Below are positions 48,184 through 57,352 of a stretch of 64,000 nt of DNA, piece by piece. Every line of letters begins with the position of its first letter. Within the stretch, counting starts at the first letter, position 1. This DNA comes from Candidatus Nomurabacteria bacterium (lineage in GTDB: Bacteria; Patescibacteriota; Minisyncoccia; Phycocordibacterales; UBA9973), in NCBI GenBank assembly GCA_026395965.1, contig JAPLXS010000004.1, positions 686 through 64,685 of the forward strand, given 5' to 3'. Under the pieces are notes generated by a model. It saw only the letters and a list, made by a program, of their open reading frames with translations. It was not told the origin of the DNA and made no database searches. Position numbers and translations under genes: made by a program.

Positions 48184-49161
48184 ATGAAAAATAATGAAAA
48201 TATGTTTAGTTGGGAAGCTTTGGTTCGTATAGTAACTATGGGAATTATAATTTTTCTTTGTTGGCGTGCATTGTCGGTGATTCCTGTTATTATTGTCGCA
48301 TCTGTTTTGGTTGTTTCTTTTTACCCCGCTGTAAAGAAGTTACAAAAAACAATAAAAATACCGCTTGTAATGAGTATTTTTTTGATTTTGATTGTTCCGA
48401 TTATTCCTTTTATTTATTTTGGATATATTTTCATTCCTCGTATAGTGGCTGAAATGCCCAACTTGTTGTCCAGTATCAACTTAGTTGTAAGTAATTCACC
48501 ATATTTACATAATTTGAATATTGTTAGTTATCTTCAATCTCATTTTGATTATACTTCTGCAACTATAGATATTACATTGCTTGTTTTCTCTATTATTTCT
48601 ACTTTAGTTTTAGCATTCTTTTTAATGTACGATTTTGAAAGATTGTCAGCATTATTTTTAAGTCTTATTCCTGGAAAAGAAAAGAATGAAATGAAGGAAT
48701 TGTTTAAAGAAGTTTCACTTGTGACTGGTAGATATATACGTGGAAACCTTCTTATATCTCTTATCTGTGGTGTTGTTGTTTATATCGGACTTTATTTTTT
48801 GCATATACCTTTTGCTTTACCTCTTGCTGTATTTGCTGCAGTTTTTGATTTACTTCCACTTGTTGGGCAAACTGTAGGATCTATACCTGCTATTATTATT
48901 GGTTTTGGAGTATCACCATTTACAGGAGCTCTTGTAATAGTATTACATCTTATATACCAGCAAATTGAAAATGATATTATTTCACCTGTGATTTACAATA
49001 AGGCTTTAAATCTTTTTCCTTCTATTATTTTCTTGTCAGTATTGATAGGAGCAAGTCTTTTTGGAGTTCTTGGAGCATTTCTATCTCTTCCTGTTGCAGC
49101 AAGCATACCAGCAATTATTAACTATCGTAAGAATTACAAGATTAGATATTCTGTAGAATAG
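48184..49161 (+). CDS. AI-2E family transporter
   Basis: Multi-TM; YQQIEN..I.P and G..LFG..GA.L..P. Confidence 0.88.
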   Translation: MKNNENMFSWEALVRIVTMGIIIFLCWRALSVIPVIIVASVLVVSFYPAVKKLQKTIKIPLVMSIFLILIVPIIPFIYFGYIFIPRIVAEMPNLLSSINLVVSNSPYLHNLNIVSYLQSHFDYTSATIDITLLVFSIISTLVLAFFLMYDFERLSALFLSLIPGKEKNEMKELFKEVSLVTGRYIRGNLLISLICGVVVYIGLYFLHIPFALPLAVFAAVFDLLPLVGQTVGSIPAIIIGFGVSPFTGALVIVLHLIYQQIENDIISPVIYNKALNLFPSIIFLSVLIGASLFGVLGAFLSLPVAASIPAIINYRKNYKIRYSVE

Positions 49162-49188
49162 TAGTATTATATCTATTTATAAATTTTC

Positions 49189-49542
49189 ATGGAAAATATT
49201 AAATTTAATCAAAATTCAAAAGAAAAGATAAATTATTTTTTACAAGATTATTCAAATGATTTTTGGGTTATGAAGATTGCACTTATGGGTGGTACTATAG
49301 ATAGTGTTCGTAAATTATTTAAAGATGGTCATACAGTACCAACAGTTGAAAAATATATAGAAAAATGTAGAAGTGAAGGAAAGACTACACTGAATGTTGA
49401 AGACCAGAATGATCCAATTTTTATTGAAAAATCAATAAAATTAAACGAAATAGTAGAAAAAAATAATCTATTGGGTGAAAATATAAAAGAACAAGATGTT
49501 ATCGAAAAAGTTGAAGCAGCTATGGCTGTTATAAGTAGTTAA
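49189..49542 (+). CDS. Hypothetical protein
   Basis: 117-aa ORF. Confidence 0.55.
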   Translation: MENIKFNQNSKEKINYFLQDYSNDFWVMKIALMGGTIDSVRKLFKDGHTVPTVEKYIEKCRSEGKTTLNVEDQNDPIFIEKSIKLNEIVEKNNLLGENIKEQDVIEKVEAAMAVISS

Positions 49543-49587
49543 TTCGCTTAAAATTTATTTTATATAAATATGTTATATTGATTTAAT

Positions 49588-50310
49588 ATGTTTATTAAAG
49601 ATAATATTATTTACACATTCATTTTAGTTATTTTAGTTTGTATACCTTCTTCTACACTAGCTGTCGATAAAAAGGCGATAGAGAAAACAAAAGTTGCATA
49701 TCTCACTTTTGATGCAGATATGACACCTTTCATGAAAAAGAAGTTAGACGAGAAAAAGGTATCTACTTGGTATAGCAAAGATTTGGTGAATTATTTAGAA
49801 GATGAAAAAATACCAGCAACTATTTTTGTAACTGGTATGTTTGCCGAGGTATATCCAGATCTAATAAAAGATATATCTAAATATCCAGAAATCAAAATAG
49901 CAAATCATACCTATGATCACTCAGGGTTTGAAAGTCCTTGTTATGGGTTGAAAGTTGTAAAAACAGACAAAAGTAAAATAGAAGAAATAAAAAAAACACA
50001 AAAGATATTACAATCTTTAACTGGATATGAACCTAAATATTTTCGTTATCCAGGTTTGTGCAACAATAAACATGATGATGCTCTTGTAAAAAAACTAGGT
50101 CTTGAGATATCCAATGAAGGACTTGCTTCAGGGGATGCGTTCAACAAAGACCAAGTAAATATAACAAAAACAGTAGTAAATGGTGTACAAGATGGTTCTG
50201 TTATAATAATGCATCTAGGAGGGCCCAATGCGCCAGCTATAGACGTATCCATAAAAGAAATAGTTATAAAACTAAAAGCAGAAAATTATGTATTTAAAGT
50301 TTTAGATTAG
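49588..50310 (+). CDS. Exported polysaccharide deacetylase (NodB/CE4)
   Basis: LTFD, ATIFVTG, NHTYDH, FRYP and IIMH. Confidence 0.85.
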   Translation: MFIKDNIIYTFILVILVCIPSSTLAVDKKAIEKTKVAYLTFDADMTPFMKKKLDEKKVSTWYSKDLVNYLEDEKIPATIFVTGMFAEVYPDLIKDISKYPEIKIANHTYDHSGFESPCYGLKVVKTDKSKIEEIKKTQKILQSLTGYEPKYFRYPGLCNNKHDDALVKKLGLEISNEGLASGDAFNKDQVNITKTVVNGVQDGSVIIMHLGGPNAPAIDVSIKEIVIKLKAENYVFKVLD

Positions 50311-50371
50311 ACTTGTTTGATTTAACCCTATTTAAAATAATTAATTTATAATTCTGCTATAATAAAAAAAT

Positions 50372-52114
50372 ATGAAAATTTTATTGAATTACTTAAAAAA
50401 ATATTGGAAAATATGCATACTCGTAGTGTTACTCGCATCTGTAAATCAAATATTTTCACTACTAGATCCTTTGATTTTTCGACATGTTATAGATGATTAT
50501 GCTACAAAGTTTAATACTTTTACTCTAAAAGAGTTTTTGAGTGGAGTTTCATTTTTGCTTGCTCTTGCTGTAGGTGCTGCTTTTGTGTCTCGTGTTGCAA
50601 AGAACTTTCAGGATTATTATCTAAATACTGTAACTCAGCGTCTTGGTGCAAAGATATACAACGATGGTATAGAGCACTCTCTGGCTTTGCCGTATGAAGT
50701 TTTTGAAGACAAGAGAAGCGGTGAGACACTAGGTACTCTACAAAATATTCGTAGATCAAGCGAGCTATTTATAACATCATTTATTAATGTATTTTTTATA
50801 TCATTGATTGGTTTTATTTTTGTTACTATATATGCATTTCGTATATATTGGGGAGTAGCATTGGTTTTTGCACTCACTATACCTGTCATTGGTGTTATAA
50901 GTTATGCTCTCACAGGCAAGATAAAGAAAATTCAAAAAATAATATTGGCTGAAACTACGTCACTAGCAGGAGCAACAACAGAGTCATTGAGAAATATTGA
51001 GTTAGTAAAAAGTCTTGGATTGGTAGATCAGGAAATATTGCGCTTAAATACTACAACAGAGAAAATCTTGAAACTTGAACTAAAAAAGCTTCGATATATA
51101 AGAAGTATTGGTTTCGTACAAGGTACACTCATAAATCTCATAAGAACTAGTATTTTAGCTTTTTTGCTTTACCTTGTTTTTATTGGCACTGTTACTTTTG
51201 GGGAATTTTTCTCTTTGTATATTTACTCATTTTTTATTTTTGGTCCATTGCAGCAACTTGGTGAAGTTATAAATAATTATCGCGATGCACAAGTGTCTCT
51301 AATTAAATTTAGTGAATTAATGGACACACCAATAGAGCCTGTGCCAGATATTGCAAAAGATATCGATAAAATAACTTCTCTTGAATTTAATAATGTTTCT
51401 TTTTCATATAACAATGTCACAAAATCTGCTATTTCTGGTATTTCTTTTAGAGCAGAAGCTGGTGAGACGGTAGCTTTTGTGGGTCCTTCTGGAGCAGGTA
51501 AGACTAGTCTAGTAAAACTTTTGGTTGGTTTATATCAACCAAAAGAAGGAAGTATTTCTTATAATGGTATTACAGGCAAAGAATTAAATATGAATAAATT
51601 ACGTGCCAATTTTGGCTTCGTAACACAAGATACTCAGCTCTATGCTGGATCGATAAGAGAAAATTTGCTCTTTGTAAATCCAAATGCAACAGAAAAAGAA
51701 TGCCTAGAAGCATTAGAAATGAGTGCAGCAAATTCATTGTTGGAAAGAGCTGAAAAAGGTATAGATACAACAATAGGAGAAGGTGGTGTTAAAGTTTCAG
51801 GAGGAGAAAAACAAAGATTATCAATAGCCCGAGCCCTATTGCGAAAACCATCTATTTTAATATTCGATGAAGCTACTTCTTCGCTAGATTCTATAACCGA
51901 GGAAGAGATAACCGAAACAATTCGTGATGTTTCATTAGGTGCAAAACGTATCACAATACTTATTGCGCATAGGTTATCTACTGTTATGCACGCATCCCGT
52001 ATTTATGTTTTAGAAAAAGGATTGATTACAGAAGTTGGTACACATGACGACCTGCTAAATAAAAAGGGTTTGTATTATGCTATGTGGCGACAGCAAATAG
52101 GTGAGAGAGTTTAA
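50372..52114 (+). CDS. ABC exporter, fused permease/ATPase
   Basis: 6 TM, GPSGAGKT, VSGGEKQR and DEATSSLD. Confidence 0.92.
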   Translation: MKILLNYLKKYWKICILVVLLASVNQIFSLLDPLIFRHVIDDYATKFNTFTLKEFLSGVSFLLALAVGAAFVSRVAKNFQDYYLNTVTQRLGAKIYNDGIEHSLALPYEVFEDKRSGETLGTLQNIRRSSELFITSFINVFFISLIGFIFVTIYAFRIYWGVALVFALTIPVIGVISYALTGKIKKIQKIILAETTSLAGATTESLRNIELVKSLGLVDQEILRLNTTTEKILKLELKKLRYIRSIGFVQGTLINLIRTSILAFLLYLVFIGTVTFGEFFSLYIYSFFIFGPLQQLGEVINNYRDAQVSLIKFSELMDTPIEPVPDIAKDIDKITSLEFNNVSFSYNNVTKSAISGISFRAEAGETVAFVGPSGAGKTSLVKLLVGLYQPKEGSISYNGITGKELNMNKLRANFGFVTQDTQLYAGSIRENLLFVNPNATEKECLEALEMSAANSLLERAEKGIDTTIGEGGVKVSGGEKQRLSIARALLRKPSILIFDEATSSLDSITEEEITETIRDVSLGAKRITILIAHRLSTVMHASRIYVLEKGLITEVGTHDDLLNKKGLYYAMWRQQIGERV

Positions 52115-52156
52115 TGTCTATTGTATAAAAAATCAATTATTTGATATAATAAAAAT

Positions 52157-52324
52157 ATGAATAATTTATTAAAAGAATTTGTTTCAAATGAGCCTAGAAA
52201 TTTTAGCTTTAAAATAGGCAAAGATTTAGCCTCTTCACTATCAGGTTTTGTTGCAGGAATTATAGTAGCAAGTATCGTATGGTACACTAGTATTTTGTTT
52301 TTATCAGACTTTTTTACAAAATAA
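52157..52324 (+). CDS. Small membrane protein, 55 aa (not in ORF track)
   Basis: MNNLLKEFVSNEPRNFSFKIGKDLASSLSGFVAGIIVASIVWYTSILFLSDFFTK; TGATATAAT 6 nt upstream. Confidence 0.6.
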   Translation: MNNLLKEFVSNEPRNFSFKIGKDLASSLSGFVAGIIVASIVWYTSILFLSDFFTK

Positions 52325-52495
52325 AAAGTATTAAAAAGTTTATTTTATAGCTAATATATTGTTGTAGACAAATTCATATATTATGTTAGCATATTAACAA
52401 TAGTAGTTTTTTGACATATTTTTTGTTTAAATTTGAATTTATTGGGTTTTCCTTGCTTCCTTATAGAGGTAAAGAAAACCTTAATAAATTCAAAA

Positions 52496-52963
52496 ATGGA
52501 AACAACTAAAAATGGAATGAAGAGATCACTGTCTTCAGTGGCATTGTTTATTTTGAGCTCAGGTATTACATACCTGTACTTTGTATGGTGTCTATTACCT
52601 GCAATTACAAAAGTTCTTTTGATTAAATCAGCAAAAATTAAAATTACTGATGGTTTATTAATGATATTTATGCTAATAGTTGCATATATATTTATTACTA
52701 CTTGTTTTTGTTTCTTAGTAAGAATATTCAAAAATCTTAAATCACCAGAAGATCAAGGTGCTATGGGGCTTCCTATCGTTGGTCTACTCTTCAGTATTGT
52801 ATTTAGTATTGTATTTACTTTTATAATCGGATTACCTTTAAATTTATTTACAAGTAGTCTAATATCTTTTATAAATATGTTAACAATACTATTGCCTGTA
52901 TTTTTATTGATTACTTTGTTTTTCGGTTTAAAAACTGAATTTAGAAAAAAAATTGACCCTTAA
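52496..52963 (+). CDS. Four-TM hypothetical membrane protein
   Basis: Hydrophobic ORF; terminator at 52968-52998. Confidence 0.6.
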   Translation: METTKNGMKRSLSSVALFILSSGITYLYFVWCLLPAITKVLLIKSAKIKITDGLLMIFMLIVAYIFITTCFCFLVRIFKNLKSPEDQGAMGLPIVGLLFSIVFSIVFTFIIGLPLNLFTSSLISFINMLTILLPVFLLITLFFGLKTEFRKKIDP

Positions 52964-53048
52964 TTAAAATCACCACTCAATCTTTGAGTGGTTTTTTATA
53001 TGGGTTAATTATAATTTAATTATTTTTGATAAAAGTTTTTTAGAAATA

Positions 53049-53387
53049 TTAGTCATCATATTCATCTATACCCCTATCTTTCTTATGAGTAGTAATTTTT
53101 TTTACTACCTTTTTTATTGTGGGTAGGGTAACGATAGGAGTAGTTTCTTTTTCAACAACAGAATTTACTATAGGGATATCAGTTACCGTCTCATCTTTAG
53201 TATTTAGATTTGATAATATATCAGATTGTATAATTTTTGGAAGAGGTAGCGTGTCTGTATTTTCAGTACTAGCAACTTCTTGGTCAGCAAAATACTCACT
53301 TTCTGTCGTATTGGTTTTTATTGTTGCATAAGCGACAAATCCAACAAATAAAAAAGAAAATATTATTAATAGAAAGTTTTTATTCAT
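53049..53387 (-). CDS. Membrane-anchored low-complexity protein with basic/acidic tail
   Basis: N-terminal TM, T/E/P-rich linker, ends HKKDRGIDEYDD; last gene of the rubredoxin operon. Confidence 0.65.
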   Translation of the reverse strand: MNKNFLLIIFSFLFVGFVAYATIKTNTTESEYFADQEVASTENTDTLPLPKIIQSDILSNLNTKDETVTDIPIVNSVVEKETTPIVTLPTIKKVVKKITTHKKDRGIDEYDD

Positions 53388-53396
53388 AAAATTTTA

Positions 53397-53867
53397 TTAA
53401 CTAGCTCTAGATTGTCTACTAGGTGCTACATATGTAGATTGCGCTGCCGCATTGGCTTGCGCTTGAGCTAATGCTTGTTGAGCTCTTTGTTTTGCTAATG
53501 CTTGGGCCTGTTGCTGTACGAGTAGGGCTTGTGCCTTTTGTTTAGCAAGTAGAGCATCTTTTTCTTGCTGTGCTAGTAGAGCCGCTGTTTGCGATGAATA
53601 CGCAGTAGCAGGGGTGTTTTGACTCGTTACGGCTTGATCCTGTAGGAGTTGTTGACCTAGAAGGTCTTGTTGTTGTTTTGCTTGTATAAGTAAGAGATTT
53701 TTATTTTTAGTTGCAATAACATTGTCTTTTATTTTTTGTATATTTGCTTGTTGTGCTAGGGCAGTAGATTCGCTTTTAATTTTATTCTGATAAGAATAAG
53801 AACCTTGCATAAAAACAAGACCAATTAATCCAAAAGTTATTATTACATTTTTAAAATCTTCTATCAT
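53397..53867 (-). CDS. Membrane-anchored Q/A-rich protein, candidate flavinylation substrate
   Basis: N-terminal TM, Q/A coiled coil, ends PSRQSRAS. Confidence 0.65.
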   Translation of the reverse strand: MIEDFKNVIITFGLIGLVFMQGSYSYQNKIKSESTALAQQANIQKIKDNVIATKNKNLLLIQAKQQQDLLGQQLLQDQAVTSQNTPATAYSSQTAALLAQQEKDALLAKQKAQALLVQQQAQALAKQRAQQALAQAQANAAAQSTYVAPSRQSRAS

Positions 53868-53870
53868 ATT

Positions 53871-54041
53871 TTAATCTATTTTTTGCCACATATGTGTATC
53901 ACTTTTTCTAATACTGCATTCAGCACATTTAAAATCCATAGGAAGAGTTTCCCATTTTGTACCTGGTGGTATCCCACGTGCTGGGTCACCTTTGGCTTCA
54001 TCGTATATCCATCCACATTCTAAACAAACATATTGAGACAT
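53871..54041 (-). CDS. Rubredoxin, 56 aa (not in ORF track)
   Basis: MSQYVCLECGWIYDEAKGDPARGIPPGTKWETLPMDFKCAECSIRKSDTHMWQKID. Confidence 0.92.
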   Translation of the reverse strand: MSQYVCLECGWIYDEAKGDPARGIPPGTKWETLPMDFKCAECSIRKSDTHMWQKID

Positions 54042-54076
54042 AATTTTTTAATTTAATTATTATTATTAATAATACA

Positions 54077-54108
54077 ACTATACAGAAGAATAATGAAAAT
54101 TAGATGAA
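54077..54108 (-). promoter_or_regulatory. Putative OmpR-family box plus -10 for the rubredoxin operon
   Basis: TTCAT-CTAATT-TTCAT-N10-TATAGT on the minus strand. Confidence 0.6.
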
Positions 54109-54119
54109 TAACTGGATTT

Positions 54120-55148
54120 TTATATGCAAGGAAAAATAACCTTAAATATAGTGCCCTTTTCAAGGTCACTTGTAACTTTTATTGCGCCACGATGTTCATC
54201 TACGATTTCTTTTACTATAGAAAGACCAAGCCCTGTTCCAGAAGAATTTTGAGTACGAGAATTATCGGCCTTATAAAATCTTTCAAAAATAAGAGAAAGT
54301 TCTTCTTTTTTTATTCCTATGCCAGAATCTTTTATTGAAAGTATTATTTTATTGTTGTCTTTTTTTAGAGATACGACAACTTCTCCATCTTTTTTATTAT
54401 AATCAATCGCATTTTTAATCAGATTGATAAATAATCTAATTAAATCGTCTTCATTGCCTGAAACATATATATCTTCATTTACTTGGTCCTTGATTTCAAT
54501 ATCCTTTGTTTGCGCATATGCACTTATGTTTTTTATTTGTTTTTTGCATAATTCAGAAAAAGATATATCTGAAAAGACCCCAATTTTCTTTTTGTTATTA
54601 ACAAGGAAAAGCAAATTGTTTGAAAGAGTTGTAAGTCTTTCGACTTCATCTAGTGATTCTTTGATAAATTTAATATATTCGTTTCCATCTCGATCTTTTC
54701 TCAATATAACTTCTGAGCCTGCTTTCATAACAGCAAGGGGAGTACGTAATTCATGTGCAGCATCTGCAACAAAACGAGCTTGTTTTTTATAAGCTGTTTC
54801 GAGTGGAGCAAGAGTTCTTTTGGAAGAAAGATAAGCAGCTATTAAGGTAATAAAAAGTATGAGCCCGTCAGAGATAAATAGAATATTTAATAGATTATCT
54901 TGCATTTCCTCAATTTGATTTTCTTCTAGATATCTAATATTGGTTTGTATTTTAGAGTGTTCTTGTTTTTCAATAACATTCATACTTATGCTGTTGGTAA
55001 ATAAAGCATACACTATGATGTTAAATATTGTTAAAACAACAAATACACCTAATGCATAGTAAATAGTTAAAAGTAAAACAGCTTTTTTGAACTCACTTTG
55101 ACTTGAAAGTGTAGCCGACTCCACGAATTGTTTGTATATATTTTTCAT
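54120..55148 (-). CDS. Sensor histidine kinase
   Basis: 2 TM, AAHELRTPL, NLIKNAI, DSGIG and GTGLGL. Confidence 0.93.
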   Translation of the reverse strand: MKNIYKQFVESATLSSQSEFKKAVLLLTIYYALGVFVVLTIFNIIVYALFTNSISMNVIEKQEHSKIQTNIRYLEENQIEEMQDNLLNILFISDGLILFITLIAAYLSSKRTLAPLETAYKKQARFVADAAHELRTPLAVMKAGSEVILRKDRDGNEYIKFIKESLDEVERLTTLSNNLLFLVNNKKKIGVFSDISFSELCKKQIKNISAYAQTKDIEIKDQVNEDIYVSGNEDDLIRLFINLIKNAIDYNKKDGEVVVSLKKDNNKIILSIKDSGIGIKKEELSLIFERFYKADNSRTQNSSGTGLGLSIVKEIVDEHRGAIKVTSDLEKGTIFKVIFPCI

Positions 55149-55761
55149 TTGAATCTTTTAATTTTTTTCGTAATTGTTTTATATAAACATCTGTTATATT
55201 GCTAAACGCACTATATGCAAAATCCCAACAATGTTCAAGTAATTGTTCTCGGGTTACGACCTGATCTGCATTTCTCATCAAGTATTCCAAGATAGTATAC
55301 TCTTTTAAGGTTAGGGGAATAGCTTTCTCTTTTTGGGTTGCAGTATGTTTAGTGTTGTCTAGAGTGATATCATTTACTTTCAAGATAGAAATTATTCTAT
55401 CTTGTGGGCGGCGAAGGATTGCACGGACTCTCGCGAGTAATTCCTTCATATCAAATGGTTTTACAAGATAATCATCAGCTCCACTATCTAGGCCTAATAT
55501 CTTGTCGTTGACTTCACCTTTGGCTGTTATCATTATGATAGGCAAATTTATATTATCATTTCTTAAGCTTTTACATACAGAAATGCCATCTTTTTTTGGA
55601 AGCATTATATCGAGTATAACTAAATCATAACTTCCAGAGCGAATTATACGCTCAGCTGTTTCTCCATCAGAAACAGTGTCTGTGGCGTAGCCCTCCTCTT
55701 CAAGCATTTGTTTAGTATACTTGGCCAATTTTTCATTGTCTTCAACAATCAATATTCTCAT
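55093..55761 (-). CDS. OmpR-family response regulator
   Basis: ILIVED, LDIMLP, GADDYLVKPF and winged helix TIRGVGY. Confidence 0.93.
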   Translation of the reverse strand: MRILIVEDNEKLAKYTKQMLEEEGYATDTVSDGETAERIIRSGSYDLVILDIMLPKKDGISVCKSLRNDNINLPIIMITAKGEVNDKILGLDSGADDYLVKPFDMKELLARVRAILRRPQDRIISILKVNDITLDNTKHTATQKEKAIPLTLKEYTILEYLMRNADQVVTREQLLEHCWDFAYSAFSNITDVYIKQLRKKLKDSNEKYIQTIRGVGYTFKSK

Positions 55762-55781
55762 AATATATATAATACATCCTA

Positions 55782-55813
55782 TTCATCAATTATTCATCTT
55801 TTTAGTTTAAGAT
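55782..55813 (+). promoter_or_regulatory. Putative OmpR-family box plus -10 for the apbE operon
   Basis: TTCAT-CAATTA-TTCAT-N10-TAAGAT, then ATG 7 nt later. Confidence 0.6.
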
Positions 55814-55820
55814 ATAAATT

Positions 55821-56720
55821 ATGATAGAAGAATTTGAATACAATGGCAAGGCTATGGGAACAGAGTATTCTATTGCAATAGTCTCTGCTTCTCACGAGCT
55901 TTCTGATAAATTATATGAAATTTCTAAAACTGAAATTGAAAAATACGAAAAAATATTTTCGAGGTTTTTAAAGACTAGTGAACTGTCTATTTTAAATGAA
56001 AATAAAAATATGATAGTGTCCCAAGAATTTTTTGATGTAACTCTGAAAGCCCGCGAACTTTTTGAAGAAACTAGGGGAGTTTTTAATCCTCTCATACAAG
56101 TTTCTAGACTTGGGTATAATAAAAATTATTCTGATATAAAAAACGACGAAAAAACTAAAGATGAAAGTATATATGATATTGATTTTTCGAATACTCAAAT
56201 AGATAGACAATCTCGTCGTATTCAATTAAATAAAGGACAAAAGCTTGATTATGGGGGTTTTTTGAAAGGATATTTGGCTGAAATTATTGCTAAACAAATC
56301 AAATCATATTCTGTAGAGATAATAGGTGTTATTGTGAATTTAGGTGGAGATATTCACACTCAAGGTTTAGATAAAAATGGAAATAGTTTTGTATTTAATA
56401 TATATAATCCAATATCCCAAAATAATGATATAGAAGTTACTCTGTACAATGAAAGCCTTGCCACAAGCGGTACTTACAAAAGGTCATGGTTAAATTTTGG
56501 TAAAAAAATACATCACATTTTAGATATTTTTGGTAAGCAAAATCCAGAAAACGATGTTGTATCTGCGAGTGTTGTATGTGAAGATGGAGCTATATCTGAA
56601 GCATATGCAAAAGTGTTTATATCTATAGATTATAAAAATGCTATGAAATTACTAGGAGAGAAAAAGATTTCTACGATTATTATTAAAAACAATGGGCAGG
56701 TAATCAAAAATATTATATGA
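55821..56720 (+). CDS. apbE: FAD:protein FMN transferase ApbE
   Basis: AMGT, FSRF...SEL..LN, D.GG..KGY, NLGGD, ATSG.Y.R and HHILD. Confidence 0.9.
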   Translation: MIEEFEYNGKAMGTEYSIAIVSASHELSDKLYEISKTEIEKYEKIFSRFLKTSELSILNENKNMIVSQEFFDVTLKARELFEETRGVFNPLIQVSRLGYNKNYSDIKNDEKTKDESIYDIDFSNTQIDRQSRRIQLNKGQKLDYGGFLKGYLAEIIAKQIKSYSVEIIGVIVNLGGDIHTQGLDKNGNSFVFNIYNPISQNNDIEVTLYNESLATSGTYKRSWLNFGKKIHHILDIFGKQNPENDVVSASVVCEDGAISEAYAKVFISIDYKNAMKLLGEKKISTIIIKNNGQVIKNII

Positions 56721-57352
56721 GAACATACTTTACAACAATAAAATATTTACAAGAAACACTTCTTGCTCTGGCTATCGTGACAATGATGGTGCTTCCTTCT
56801 ATGATTGTTTTTAGTCCAGATATTATATCAAATAATGTTGTTACAAATTTATATTTAATTTCTCATATTTTTTTATTTTTTGTAATGATTATAAGACCTC
56901 TTGCAGATATATTTACTAAGACTATTTGGATAAGACCATTGGTTATACTGCGAAAAGGGGCAGGGGTCATGTCTGCTTCAATAGTTGTTTCATTTATATT
57001 GGCTAAATTAATGGTTAATCCAGTAATTTATTTTTCTAGTATCGCAACTCTTAAATATTGGTCTATGGTAAATTATGCGGTGCTTGCTCATATCGCAGAT
57101 ATATCTGCTGTCATCCTTATAATCACATCAAATAATTTTTCGAAAAGTTTATTTGGAAATTCATGGAAAACCATACAGAAACTAGCATATGTGTATTTTT
57201 ATGGAAGTGTTTTATATGTGTTTCTAACTTATGGTAGTATCTACTTACTGGTTGCTCTAGTACTCGTAACTATTACGACATATATAGCCTTTATTAAAAA
57301 TAGTAACAAAAAACAATTATTAGCAGAAAACACTGCACAAAATATTATATGA
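56717..57352 (+). CDS. MsrQ/ferric-reductase-like transmembrane protein
   Basis: RPL...LRK..GV and ITSN..S....G..W..(Q)KL.Y. Confidence 0.7.
   Translation: MRTYFTTIKYLQETLLALAIVTMMVLPSMIVFSPDIISNNVVTNLYLISHIFLFFVMIIRPLADIFTKTIWIRPLVILRKGAGVMSASIVVSFILAKLMVNPVIYFSSIATLKYWSMVNYAVLAHIADISAVILIITSNNFSKSLFGNSWKTIQKLAYVYFYGSVLYVFLTYGSIYLLVALVLVTITTYIAFIKNSNKKQLLAENTAQNII

Noticed and set aside
52381-52731. 116-aa minus-strand ORF and the many other short antisense or nested ORFs in the track
   Set aside because: Shadow ORFs opposite or within well-supported genes
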